Shown here: positions 38,366 to 45,963 of the stretch, piece after piece
Layout: every line of letters starts with the position of its first letter
How positions within the stretch are numbered: position 1 is the first letter of the stretch
DNA from: an uncultured Gammaproteobacteria bacterium
GTDB taxonomy: Bacteria; Patescibacteriota; Microgenomatia; Daviesbacterales; UBA10151
Assembly: GCA_964394855.1 (NCBI GenBank)
Contig: CAYMZD010000002.1
Span: 60,575 to 124,574 of the forward strand
DNA: 64,000 nt
Direction of reading: 5' to 3'
The notes under the pieces: generated by a model
What the model was told of the DNA's origin: nothing
The model's database searches: none
The model's input: only the letters and a program-made list of their open reading frames with translations
Program-made: the position numbers and the translations under genes

Positions 38366-39393
38366 TAGAGAACTTTGATCTTTTCAGACCGCTACCATTT
38401 CTCGACACCACCCGCCAGTTGGCCAGACAAGCAACAGGAAGAGTGGGGCTTGAAGCCATGGTTTGGTATCCAGACCCCCCAACCTATCAATTTGTTAACA
38501 TGTTGGAGGAGGCTGCTAAAAGACAAGTTCAAGCACAGGCAAAAATAGATTACTATTCTTTGATGACCACTGATTTTCACAATAATCTTTTCCCCATGCC
38601 GCAACTAAGAAGAGAGAGAGGAAGAAAGACTCAAGAGATGGTTCAGAGGATGAGGAAGGCTGGAGTGTCAGTAGATCTTTTAAACCCCCCCAGTCTTTTG
38701 CAAAGATTAATACCCCAGTTGGGCAGAAACCATCGCAAAATAGGTTTAATTGATGGTGTTGGTTTTGTAATGGGTTTTAATCTTTCCAAATACAATTTTG
38801 ACTGTGAAGATATAGCAGTAGCTTTAACTGAACCACAAGCAGTAAAAAGATTAGCTGAAGTTTTTGAGGAAGCAGGTCTGGTGGAAAGAGATGATCGAGA
38901 GATTTACTGCGGCGGGAACACTTATTTATTAGTTGATTATGGTCGGGTTGGTCAATCTCTAATTTTAGATCGGGCAGTGGAGATGGTGAGGGGGGCTAGG
39001 GACTACGTGAGGTGGGTTAATCTTTTTCCTCCCAATGGTCGATTGGAAGTTGAGATGGCAAGAGCATCCAAAAGAGGGGTTGATGTGGAGGGAATTATTA
39101 CCAGGCCAGTTTGGGTTAGAAAAGCCAGGTGGGATATCAGGTTAATGCAGCTTGTGAATAGTCTCCAGTCTTATTCTCTTGGTAATCAGTTAGCTTTGGG
39201 ATATCACAATCCTGATATTCATGCCAAAGTTCTAGTAACTGATAATCAAACATTGGTAGGTTCACATAATTTAGTTTGGGAAGGTGTCTGGGCCGGCACA
39301 GAGGAGTTAGACATTTTTTCTACTAATCCTATTCTGGAGAGAAAATTAAATAGATATTATGCCCAACTTAAACTAGGTAGTCGGGCAGCTTGA
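38362..39393 (+). CDS. phospholipase-D superfamily protein with two HKD motifs (cardiolipin-synthase-like, no TM segment)
   Basis: HRKIGLIDGVGFVMGFN and HAKVLVTDNQTLVGSHN (HxKxxxxD...G(S)xN). ATGA overlap with the infB stop. Confidence 0.6.
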   Translation: MIENFDLFRPLPFLDTTRQLARQATGRVGLEAMVWYPDPPTYQFVNMLEEAAKRQVQAQAKIDYYSLMTTDFHNNLFPMPQLRRERGRKTQEMVQRMRKAGVSVDLLNPPSLLQRLIPQLGRNHRKIGLIDGVGFVMGFNLSKYNFDCEDIAVALTEPQAVKRLAEVFEEAGLVERDDREIYCGGNTYLLVDYGRVGQSLILDRAVEMVRGARDYVRWVNLFPPNGRLEVEMARASKRGVDVEGIITRPVWVRKARWDIRLMQLVNSLQSYSLGNQLALGYHNPDIHAKVLVTDNQTLVGSHNLVWEGVWAGTEELDIFSTNPILERKLNRYYAQLKLGSRAA

Positions 39394-39437
39394 TAGGGGT
39401 TGACTCTTATGGGTTATGGGTGTAAAATCCAGACATC

Positions 39438-40430
39438 ATGAAATACGATAGTCAACTAATAGAGTTGAAAAACCTGCTTCCGTCTGCCAAAAGCATTTTA
39501 ATTGCCTTACCTAGCAACTGCGATATGGACCGCTTCGCCGCCGGGCTGGCCCTTTTTTTATCATTCAATGCCCAAGGTAAGGAAGTTTCAGTAGTTTGTG
39601 ATGACACAATTCATGTGGCCCAGTCTCATCTTTTTGGGGTGAACCATGTCCAAAAAAATATACCCCAAACTCAAGGCGGTAATTTTGTTATCAGCTTGGA
39701 GGGAGTAGCTGTCCCCAACTCATCCTCCCCCCAAGGAGGACAAGCTCCAGCCTTGGAAAAAATGGATTATGTGGTAGAAGGCAATAATTTAAATTTAGTT
39801 TTCTATATTTTACCAGGTCAAACTTTTCAGCCTTCAAGGATAGTGCCCCATTATCAAGGTAGCGGTTTTAACCTAATTTTTACAATTGGTGCTGCCAATT
39901 TAAACCATTTGGGAAATATATATTTACAAAATCAGGGAGCTTTTTCTGGTGTTCATGTAGTTAATATTGATATTCAAGCGGCCAACACCTCCTTTGGCCA
40001 AACTAATGTAGTTGATAGCGCAGCTTCTTCTGTGGCTGAAATAATGACAGATGTGGTGGGAGCACTGGGGTTGCCTTTTGATGCAGATATTGCTTCAAAT
40101 TTATTGGCGGGAATTTTTGAGGCTACCTCCAATTTGACTTCACAAAATGTTAGTGCAGATACGCATCTCGCGGTGGCCAATTGTTTAAGAATTGGCGGCA
40201 GAAAACCGGAAGTCTTACAAAATGCAATACCCGCTAGCGGAGGTTTTGATTTAAGCAGTTTGATCAGCCCCAAACCCACAGTGGAAGCTTTTACTGCTCC
40301 GCCTATATCCAGTGAGCCACAACCTTCTCCAGAAGAAAGACCATCAGGGGAAGGATTGGCTGCTGAAAGTATCGAACCAGAACCAGGTTGGTTAACCCCT
40401 AAAGTTTTCAAGGGCGGTTCTGTGGGTTAA
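39438..40430 (+). CDS. degenerate NrnA-like DHH-family protein (DHH motif replaced, no DHHA1 domain) with Pro/Ser/Glu-rich tail
   Basis: Aligns from memory to NrnA around motif I (ILIALPSNCDMDRFAAGLAL ~ ILHRHVRPDPDAYGS) and motif III (VVNIDIQAANTSFGQTNVVDSAASSVAEIM ~ KIDHHPNEDPYGDLLWVDTSASSVSEMI). DHH is changed to DIQ, motif II and IV Asp residues are substituted, and the GGGH/DHHA1 domain is missing. Confidence 0.4.
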   Translation: MKYDSQLIELKNLLPSAKSILIALPSNCDMDRFAAGLALFLSFNAQGKEVSVVCDDTIHVAQSHLFGVNHVQKNIPQTQGGNFVISLEGVAVPNSSSPQGGQAPALEKMDYVVEGNNLNLVFYILPGQTFQPSRIVPHYQGSGFNLIFTIGAANLNHLGNIYLQNQGAFSGVHVVNIDIQAANTSFGQTNVVDSAASSVAEIMTDVVGALGLPFDADIASNLLAGIFEATSNLTSQNVSADTHLAVANCLRIGGRKPEVLQNAIPASGGFDLSSLISPKPTVEAFTAPPISSEPQPSPEERPSGEGLAAESIEPEPGWLTPKVFKGGSVG

Positions 40431-40434
40431 TCCT

Positions 40435-40462
40435 TGCTATTTTAAATTCTATCTGGTATACT
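40435..40462 (+). promoter_or_regulatory. rpsO promoter TTGCTA-16-TGgTATACT (extended -10), followed by a ~70-nt structured leader
   Basis: ttgcta(40435-40), tgg+tatact(40454-62). The leader contains cccgc-ttg-gcggg (40511-23) and a ccct/aggg pairing that could form an S15 autoregulatory structure. Confidence 0.5.
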
Positions 40463-40538
40463 ACGCTTGAAAGTTAAGGATGACTTCTTGGCACCGAAGT
40501 TACTCCCTGCCCCGCTTGGCGGGACTAGAAAGGGTAAG

Positions 40539-40808
40539 ATGCCACTTGATGTAAAGAAAAAACAAAAGATTATTGAAGAGTTTGCTACCAAAAAGGGTGA
40601 TACAGGTTCTCCAGAGGTTCAAGTAGCACTTTTAACTGAACAGATTAAAAACTTGGCAGCTCACCTAAAAGAGCACCCGCATGACGTTCACTCCAGACGT
40701 GGCCTTTTATCTATGGTCAATAAAAGAAGAAGGCTGTTGCAGTATTTATTAAAAAAAGATGAAGAACGTTACAAGACAACGATTGACAAGCTTGGTTTAA
40801 GTAAGTAG
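40539..40808 (+). CDS. rpsO: 30S ribosomal protein S15
   Basis: [57 protein letters not shown] matches S15. The track's TTG-start extension (40467) is probably 5' leader. Confidence 0.85.
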   Translation: MPLDVKKKQKIIEEFATKKGDTGSPEVQVALLTEQIKNLAAHLKEHPHDVHSRRGLLSMVNKRRRLLQYLLKKDEERYKTTIDKLGLSK

Positions 40809-40905
40809 TATTAGTGAGGGGTTTTATTGGAAATTGTAAATTGAGGATAAGGGTTATCCTTGTCTCCAGTTACCCAGTTTCCAAATGCCCCAAAACAAAA
40901 TTTAG

Positions 40906-43209
40906 ATGTCGAATATCATTACTAAAGAAATTGACCTAAATGGTCGAACGCTCAAGTTGGAAACAGGTAAGCTTGCTTTGCAGGCTAATTCCTCTGTGGT
41001 AGCCTCTTGGGGGGAAACAGTAGTTTTGGTGACAGTTTCCACCCAACCTTCACCAGAGGCCATAGCTTACTTTCCCTTATCAGTGGAGTTTGTGGAAAAA
41101 CATTATGCGGGGGGAAGAATTTCCTCTTCCAAATTTATCAAACGCGAGTCCAGGCCCTCTGATGAAGCTATTTTAACAGGTAGATTGATTGACCGCTCCA
41201 TCAGACCACTTTTTCCCAAGGATTTTCACCAAGAAGTTCAAGTGATAGTGACTGTGCTATCAATTGACCAAGCCAATGATCCTGACATTTTAGGCTTAAT
41301 TGGCACATCAGCAGCCCTGTCTATTTCTGCCATTCCTTGGCAGGGCCCATTAGGTGGTGCCAGAGTAGGTGTTAGTGATGGTACTTTGGTAGTTAATCCT
41401 ACCATTCAAGAGGCAGAACATCTTCAATTAGATGTCTTTGCGGCCTCAACTAAAGATAAAGTGGTGATGGTTGAAGCTGGAGGAAAGGAAGTGCCTGATG
41501 AGAAAGTTTTTGAAGCCATCAAGAAGGCTCACCAAGAATCTCAAGCCATAATTGGCCTCATAGAAGAGTTTACCAAAAAGGTTGGCAAAGAAAAACTAAC
41601 CTATTCTTCTTTGGCAGAAGAGGTGGAAGAGGCAATTTTAGAAGAAGTTAAAACCATAGCCAGAGAAAAAATTGAAGCAGCTTTATTTGATTCTGAACAC
41701 CCTTGGCATGAAGCAACAGGAGAAATAATTAAGACAGAACTAGCCATAAAATATGCAGAGGTTTTAACACCACAAATTGTATCTGGAGTATTTGATAAAG
41801 TGGCCAAGGAGATCATGAATGATGCTATTTTAAAGCAGGGTAAAAGAGTCGATGGAAGGGCTATGGATGAGATAAGGCCTATCTCCATTGAAGTAGGAGT
41901 ATTGCCTAGAACTCATGGTTCTGCCCTTTTCCAGCGTGGAGACACCCAAGTTTTATCAGTAGTCACTTTGGCGGCGCCATCTCTATCTCAAACCATTGAG
42001 GGTATGACAGGCGAAGAGCAGAAAAGATTTATGCACCATTACAATATGAGTATTAACCCATTTGCTACAGGTGAAGTAAAAAGAATTGGTGCTCCCAATA
42101 GAAGAGATATCGGCCATGGTGCACTGGTGGAAAAAGCCCTGAAAGAAGTGATGCCATCAGAAGAAAGTTTTCCTTATGCCATTAGAGTAGTTTCGGAAGT
42201 ATTGGCAGCCAATGCCTCCACTTCTATGGCCTCCCTTTGTGCCTCAACCTTGGCCCTGCTAAATGCGGGAGTTCCCATAAAAGAACCAGTGGCTGGAGTG
42301 GCCATGGGACTTTTATCAGACGAACAAAAGTTTCAAGTAATTACAGACATGCGGGCAGTGGAGGATTTTTATGGGGAGATGGATTTTAAGGTGGCTGGTA
42401 CCAAAGATGGTATTACTGTTATTCAAATGGATACAAAACTAGCAGGTTTATCCTTTGAAATTATTCAGCAGGCGCTAGATCAAGGTAAAAAGGCTAGATT
42501 GTTGATTTTAGATAAAATTAATCAGGCTGTGCCCAGTGTTGGTCAACTTTCTCCTTTGGCACCCAGAGTAGAAATTATTCATATAAAACCAGAAGATATT
42601 GGTAGCTTAATTGGGCCGGGGGGCAAAAATATCAACTCCATCATTGCCAAAACCAAAGCAGCAATTGATATCGAAGATGATGGAACAGTGATGGTTTCAT
42701 CAAGTAATGAGGAGTCTATCAATAAAGCCATGGCCGCCATAAAAGGGATGTTCCAAGAGATTAAGGTCGGCGAGGAGTTTATGGGTAAAGTGGTGCGTTT
42801 GGCTCCTTTTGGGGCTTTTGTGGAAATTTTACCTGGTAAAGACGGGTTAGTCCATATATCCCAAATGGCCCCAGGCCATGTGGAAAAAGCAGAAGATATA
42901 GTATCTGAAGGTCAGGAAGTCAAGGTCAGGGTGACTGAAGTTTCTCCAGATGGCAAGGTGGGTTTATCAATGCTTTTTGGAGACGATGTTAAACCAGAAA
43001 GAGAAGGCTCGCCTCGCTTCGCGGGCGGAGCAGGAAGACCTTCTGGTCGAAGCAGAGGTTTAGAGGGTGCTAGAGGTGGATTTGGAAACCGTCCTAGGTT
43101 TGGCGGAGAAAGACCAGGATTTGACAGAAGAAGGCCCGGTGGTTTTAGAGCTCGAGGACCACGTACAGGCGGGTTCAACCGCGGGGGTCGTGGCGGATTT
43201 AATAGATAA
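40906..43209 (+). CDS. pnp: polynucleotide phosphorylase (PNPase) with C-terminal Arg/Gly-rich (RGG-type) tail
   Basis: Two RNase-PH domains, KH (GPGGKNINSII) and S1 (GKVVRLAPFGAFVEILPGKDGLVHISQM), then ~60 aa of RGG/RGGF repeats. Confidence 0.9.
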   Translation: MSNIITKEIDLNGRTLKLETGKLALQANSSVVASWGETVVLVTVSTQPSPEAIAYFPLSVEFVEKHYAGGRISSSKFIKRESRPSDEAILTGRLIDRSIRPLFPKDFHQEVQVIVTVLSIDQANDPDILGLIGTSAALSISAIPWQGPLGGARVGVSDGTLVVNPTIQEAEHLQLDVFAASTKDKVVMVEAGGKEVPDEKVFEAIKKAHQESQAIIGLIEEFTKKVGKEKLTYSSLAEEVEEAILEEVKTIAREKIEAALFDSEHPWHEATGEIIKTELAIKYAEVLTPQIVSGVFDKVAKEIMNDAILKQGKRVDGRAMDEIRPISIEVGVLPRTHGSALFQRGDTQVLSVVTLAAPSLSQTIEGMTGEEQKRFMHHYNMSINPFATGEVKRIGAPNRRDIGHGALVEKALKEVMPSEESFPYAIRVVSEVLAANASTSMASLCASTLALLNAGVPIKEPVAGVAMGLLSDEQKFQVITDMRAVEDFYGEMDFKVAGTKDGITVIQMDTKLAGLSFEIIQQALDQGKKARLLILDKINQAVPSVGQLSPLAPRVEIIHIKPEDIGSLIGPGGKNINSIIAKTKAAIDIEDDGTVMVSSSNEESINKAMAAIKGMFQEIKVGEEFMGKVVRLAPFGAFVEILPGKDGLVHISQMAPGHVEKAEDIVSEGQEVKVRVTEVSPDGKVGLSMLFGDDVKPEREGSPRFAGGAGRPSGRSRGLEGARGGFGNRPRFGGERPGFDRRRPGGFRARGPRTGGFNRGGRGGFNR

Positions 43210-43230
43210 GGGGTAAAATATAGTTGATTT

Positions 43231-44253
43231 ATGGATAATCCTGTCCAAAATACAGATGAGTTAGTACAAAAAATTACTCAAGCCAATCTCCCTAAAGAAG
43301 TTGCAGAAAGATTACTGAATTTATTGAAGTTTCCAGGTCAAGGTGTAGAGCTAGAAAAGTTAATTGAATATATTGATTTTGTTTTAAGCTTACCTTTTAA
43401 TAAATCCAGTCAGGATATTCTAGATTTAGGAAGGGCCAAGCAAATTTTAGATAAAAACCATTACGGTTTAAAAACAGTCAAAGATAGAATTTTAGAGTAT
43501 TTGGCTGTTTTAATCTTAAATGCCAAATCAGGCAAACAAGAGAGTTTACGGGCACCAATTCTGCTATTTGTGGGGCTGGTGGGAACTGGTAAAACTTCAA
43601 TTGCTTATTCGATTAGTGAAGTCCTGGGTAGGCCTATTTTTAGAATTCCTTTTGGAGGAGTGGGAGACCCGCTGCAACTTCGTGGACAATCCCGAGTTAA
43701 ACCTGATGCAGAGCCGGGTCAAATTATGAAAGCTTTAAAAGTTTTAAAGGTAAACAATCCAATTATTTTGCTTGATGAGATAGATAGAGTGGCAGAAGAG
43801 GGGAGGGTCGATATGATGGGAGTTTTGGTTGAACTGTTAGATCCCCAACAAAATCATGCTTTTTTAGATCATTATTTAGATTTTCCATTTGATTTATCCA
43901 GGATTTTGTTTATCGCCACAGCCAACAATACCGGCAATATCGCCACAGCAGTGATGGACAGGCTTGAACCTATTCAAATGCCTGCTTATAGTGACGGCGA
44001 AAAATTAATCATTGGCAAAAACTATCTTTTACCCCAGGCCGTGGAAGAATCTGGGCTAACAGCCGGTCAACTGGTGATAGATGAGATGGTTTGGCCACAG
44101 ATATTAAGACCATTAGGTTTTGATGCAGGCATCAGGTCCCTGCAACGAACCCTACAAGGTTTAACTCGCAAAATAGCTAGGCAGGCAGTAGAAGGTAATC
44201 TTGGACCATTTACCATTACAACACAAAATATTGGAGAATATTTAATAGACTAA
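43231..44253 (+). CDS. stand-alone Lon-type AAA+ ATPase module (no Lon N-domain, no protease domain)
   Basis: Near-colinear match to the Lon AAA+ core (LDKNHYGLKTVKDRILEYLAV, Walker A GLVGTGKTS, FGGVGDPLQLRG, Walker B ILLDEID, LDPQQNHAFLDHYL, ATANN ... MDRLE). The ORF ends with TAATG coupling to rnj; no S-K protease dyad region follows. Confidence 0.7.
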   Translation: MDNPVQNTDELVQKITQANLPKEVAERLLNLLKFPGQGVELEKLIEYIDFVLSLPFNKSSQDILDLGRAKQILDKNHYGLKTVKDRILEYLAVLILNAKSGKQESLRAPILLFVGLVGTGKTSIAYSISEVLGRPIFRIPFGGVGDPLQLRGQSRVKPDAEPGQIMKALKVLKVNNPIILLDEIDRVAEEGRVDMMGVLVELLDPQQNHAFLDHYLDFPFDLSRILFIATANNTGNIATAVMDRLEPIQMPAYSDGEKLIIGKNYLLPQAVEESGLTAGQLVIDEMVWPQILRPLGFDAGIRSLQRTLQGLTRKIARQAVEGNLGPFTITTQNIGEYLID

Positions 44254-45917
44254 TGAAAACGTTTGGAGGAAATTTAAAAATTATCCCGCTGGGTGGAGTT
44301 GGTGATGTCACTAAAAATATGTATGTTTATGAGATGGGTGATGATTTAGTGATTGTTGATTGTGGAGTGGGTTTTCCAGATGAAGCCATGCCGGGAGTTG
44401 ATTTGGTGATTCCCGATATTTCCTACTTGCGTGATAAAAAACACAAAATCAAGGCTATCTTAATCACTCATGGTCATGATGATCATATTGGGGGTTTACC
44501 TTACATTTGGCCAGAATTACAAGTACCAATTTATACCCAAAAGTTGACCGCCGGATTTATCAGAGCTAAATTTAGCGAACACAATCTTCCCAAAAATAAA
44601 ATCTTGGAAGTTGCCTTAGATGCCAAATTAAAATTGGGGGTGTTTGATATTTCTTTTTATCAAGTTTCCCACTCCGTGCCAGACTCAACAGGCGTGGTGA
44701 TTAGAACGCCCGCTGGTACGCTGGTGCACCAAGCCGATTTTAAAATTGACTGGACTCCTGTTTCGGGACAAGTGACTGATGTGGGTAAAGCTGCTCAGCT
44801 GGGGGCGGGAGGAGTGGATCTTCTTTTAATTGATTGTTTAAGGATAGAAAAAGCCGGTTTTAATAAATCGGAGAAATCGATCGAGGAAACTTTCGCTAAA
44901 GCGGCAGAAGAAACACCGGGAAAACTTCTAATTACCATGACCTCTTCCAATGTATCGCGGATGCAGCAGGCAATCAATGTGGCGGGGAGGTTAGGTCGAA
45001 AATTGGCAGTGGTGGGTCGGAGCTTTGAAAATAATTTTCAAGTGGCCAGGGATTTGGGATATTTGCATGTTCCCCCGCATCTTCTGGTTGCATCGGATGC
45101 GGTCATGAGTTTTGCCCCGAATAAAATACTGGTGCTTATTGCCGGAGCGCAGGGTCAGCAGGGTTCGTCCCTGTCGCGGGCAGCCAACGGGCAGCACAAG
45201 CAGATTATTTTAAAAAGCGGGGATAGCGTGGTTTTTTCCGCCGACCCCATCCCCTCTACCGAGTCGGCCCAATCTGCCTTAATTGATACCTTAGTGAGGC
45301 TGGGGGTGGATGTTTATTATTCTGCCATCCAATCTGACCTGCATGTGAGTGGGCATGCAGCCAAAGAAGAGTTGAGACTGATGGTTAATTTAATAAGGCC
45401 CAAATATATGATTCCTATTGGGGGAACTTATCGCCACATGAAGGAATTTTCCCGTACTTTTCAAGAGATGGGTTATAAAAAAGAAGCTATATTAGAGCCG
45501 GTGGATGGTGATATTATTCAAATGGGTGCGGGTAAGATTAGCATTGTCGGTAAGGTGGAAGTTAAAAATGTTTTTGTGGACGGGTTAGGGGTGGGTGATG
45601 TGGGGCACGTGGTTTTGCGGGACCGTCAGGTCATGAGTGAAGAAGGAATTGTGGTAGTGGTGGTGCCGGTTGATCAACAGACAGGCAGTTTGGGTGGAGA
45701 AGTGGATGTGATTTCCCGCGGTTTTGTTTTTGAACAAATGGCAGAGGGGTTGTTGGAAGAAGCTAAGGAAGTAGTTAAAAATACCTTGTTGGGTCACGGA
45801 GGCAAAGTGTCGGACTGGAGGTTTATTCGCAGGATGATAGAAAACGAGCTGGAGCAGTTTTTATTTAAAGCAACAGAAAGAAGACCATTAATTCTGCCGC
45901 TGGTGGTAGAAGTTTAA
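44253..45917 (+). CDS. rnj: ribonuclease J (metallo-beta-lactamase/beta-CASP)
   Basis: ITHGHDDHIGG (HxHxDH), beta-CASP motifs, C-terminal domain; 554 aa. Confidence 0.85.
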   Translation: MKTFGGNLKIIPLGGVGDVTKNMYVYEMGDDLVIVDCGVGFPDEAMPGVDLVIPDISYLRDKKHKIKAILITHGHDDHIGGLPYIWPELQVPIYTQKLTAGFIRAKFSEHNLPKNKILEVALDAKLKLGVFDISFYQVSHSVPDSTGVVIRTPAGTLVHQADFKIDWTPVSGQVTDVGKAAQLGAGGVDLLLIDCLRIEKAGFNKSEKSIEETFAKAAEETPGKLLITMTSSNVSRMQQAINVAGRLGRKLAVVGRSFENNFQVARDLGYLHVPPHLLVASDAVMSFAPNKILVLIAGAQGQQGSSLSRAANGQHKQIILKSGDSVVFSADPIPSTESAQSALIDTLVRLGVDVYYSAIQSDLHVSGHAAKEELRLMVNLIRPKYMIPIGGTYRHMKEFSRTFQEMGYKKEAILEPVDGDIIQMGAGKISIVGKVEVKNVFVDGLGVGDVGHVVLRDRQVMSEEGIVVVVVPVDQQTGSLGGEVDVISRGFVFEQMAEGLLEEAKEVVKNTLLGHGGKVSDWRFIRRMIENELEQFLFKATERRPLILPLVVEV

Positions 45918-45963
45918 ACTATAAGTTATAAATGATATAATAATAATTATTATATAAAAAATC

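Noticed and set aside
40467-40538. TTG-initiated 24-residue N-terminal extension of S15 in the ORF track.
   Set aside because: S15 homology begins at [12 protein letters not shown] (ATG 40539). The upstream segment coincides with the predicted promoter-proximal structured leader.
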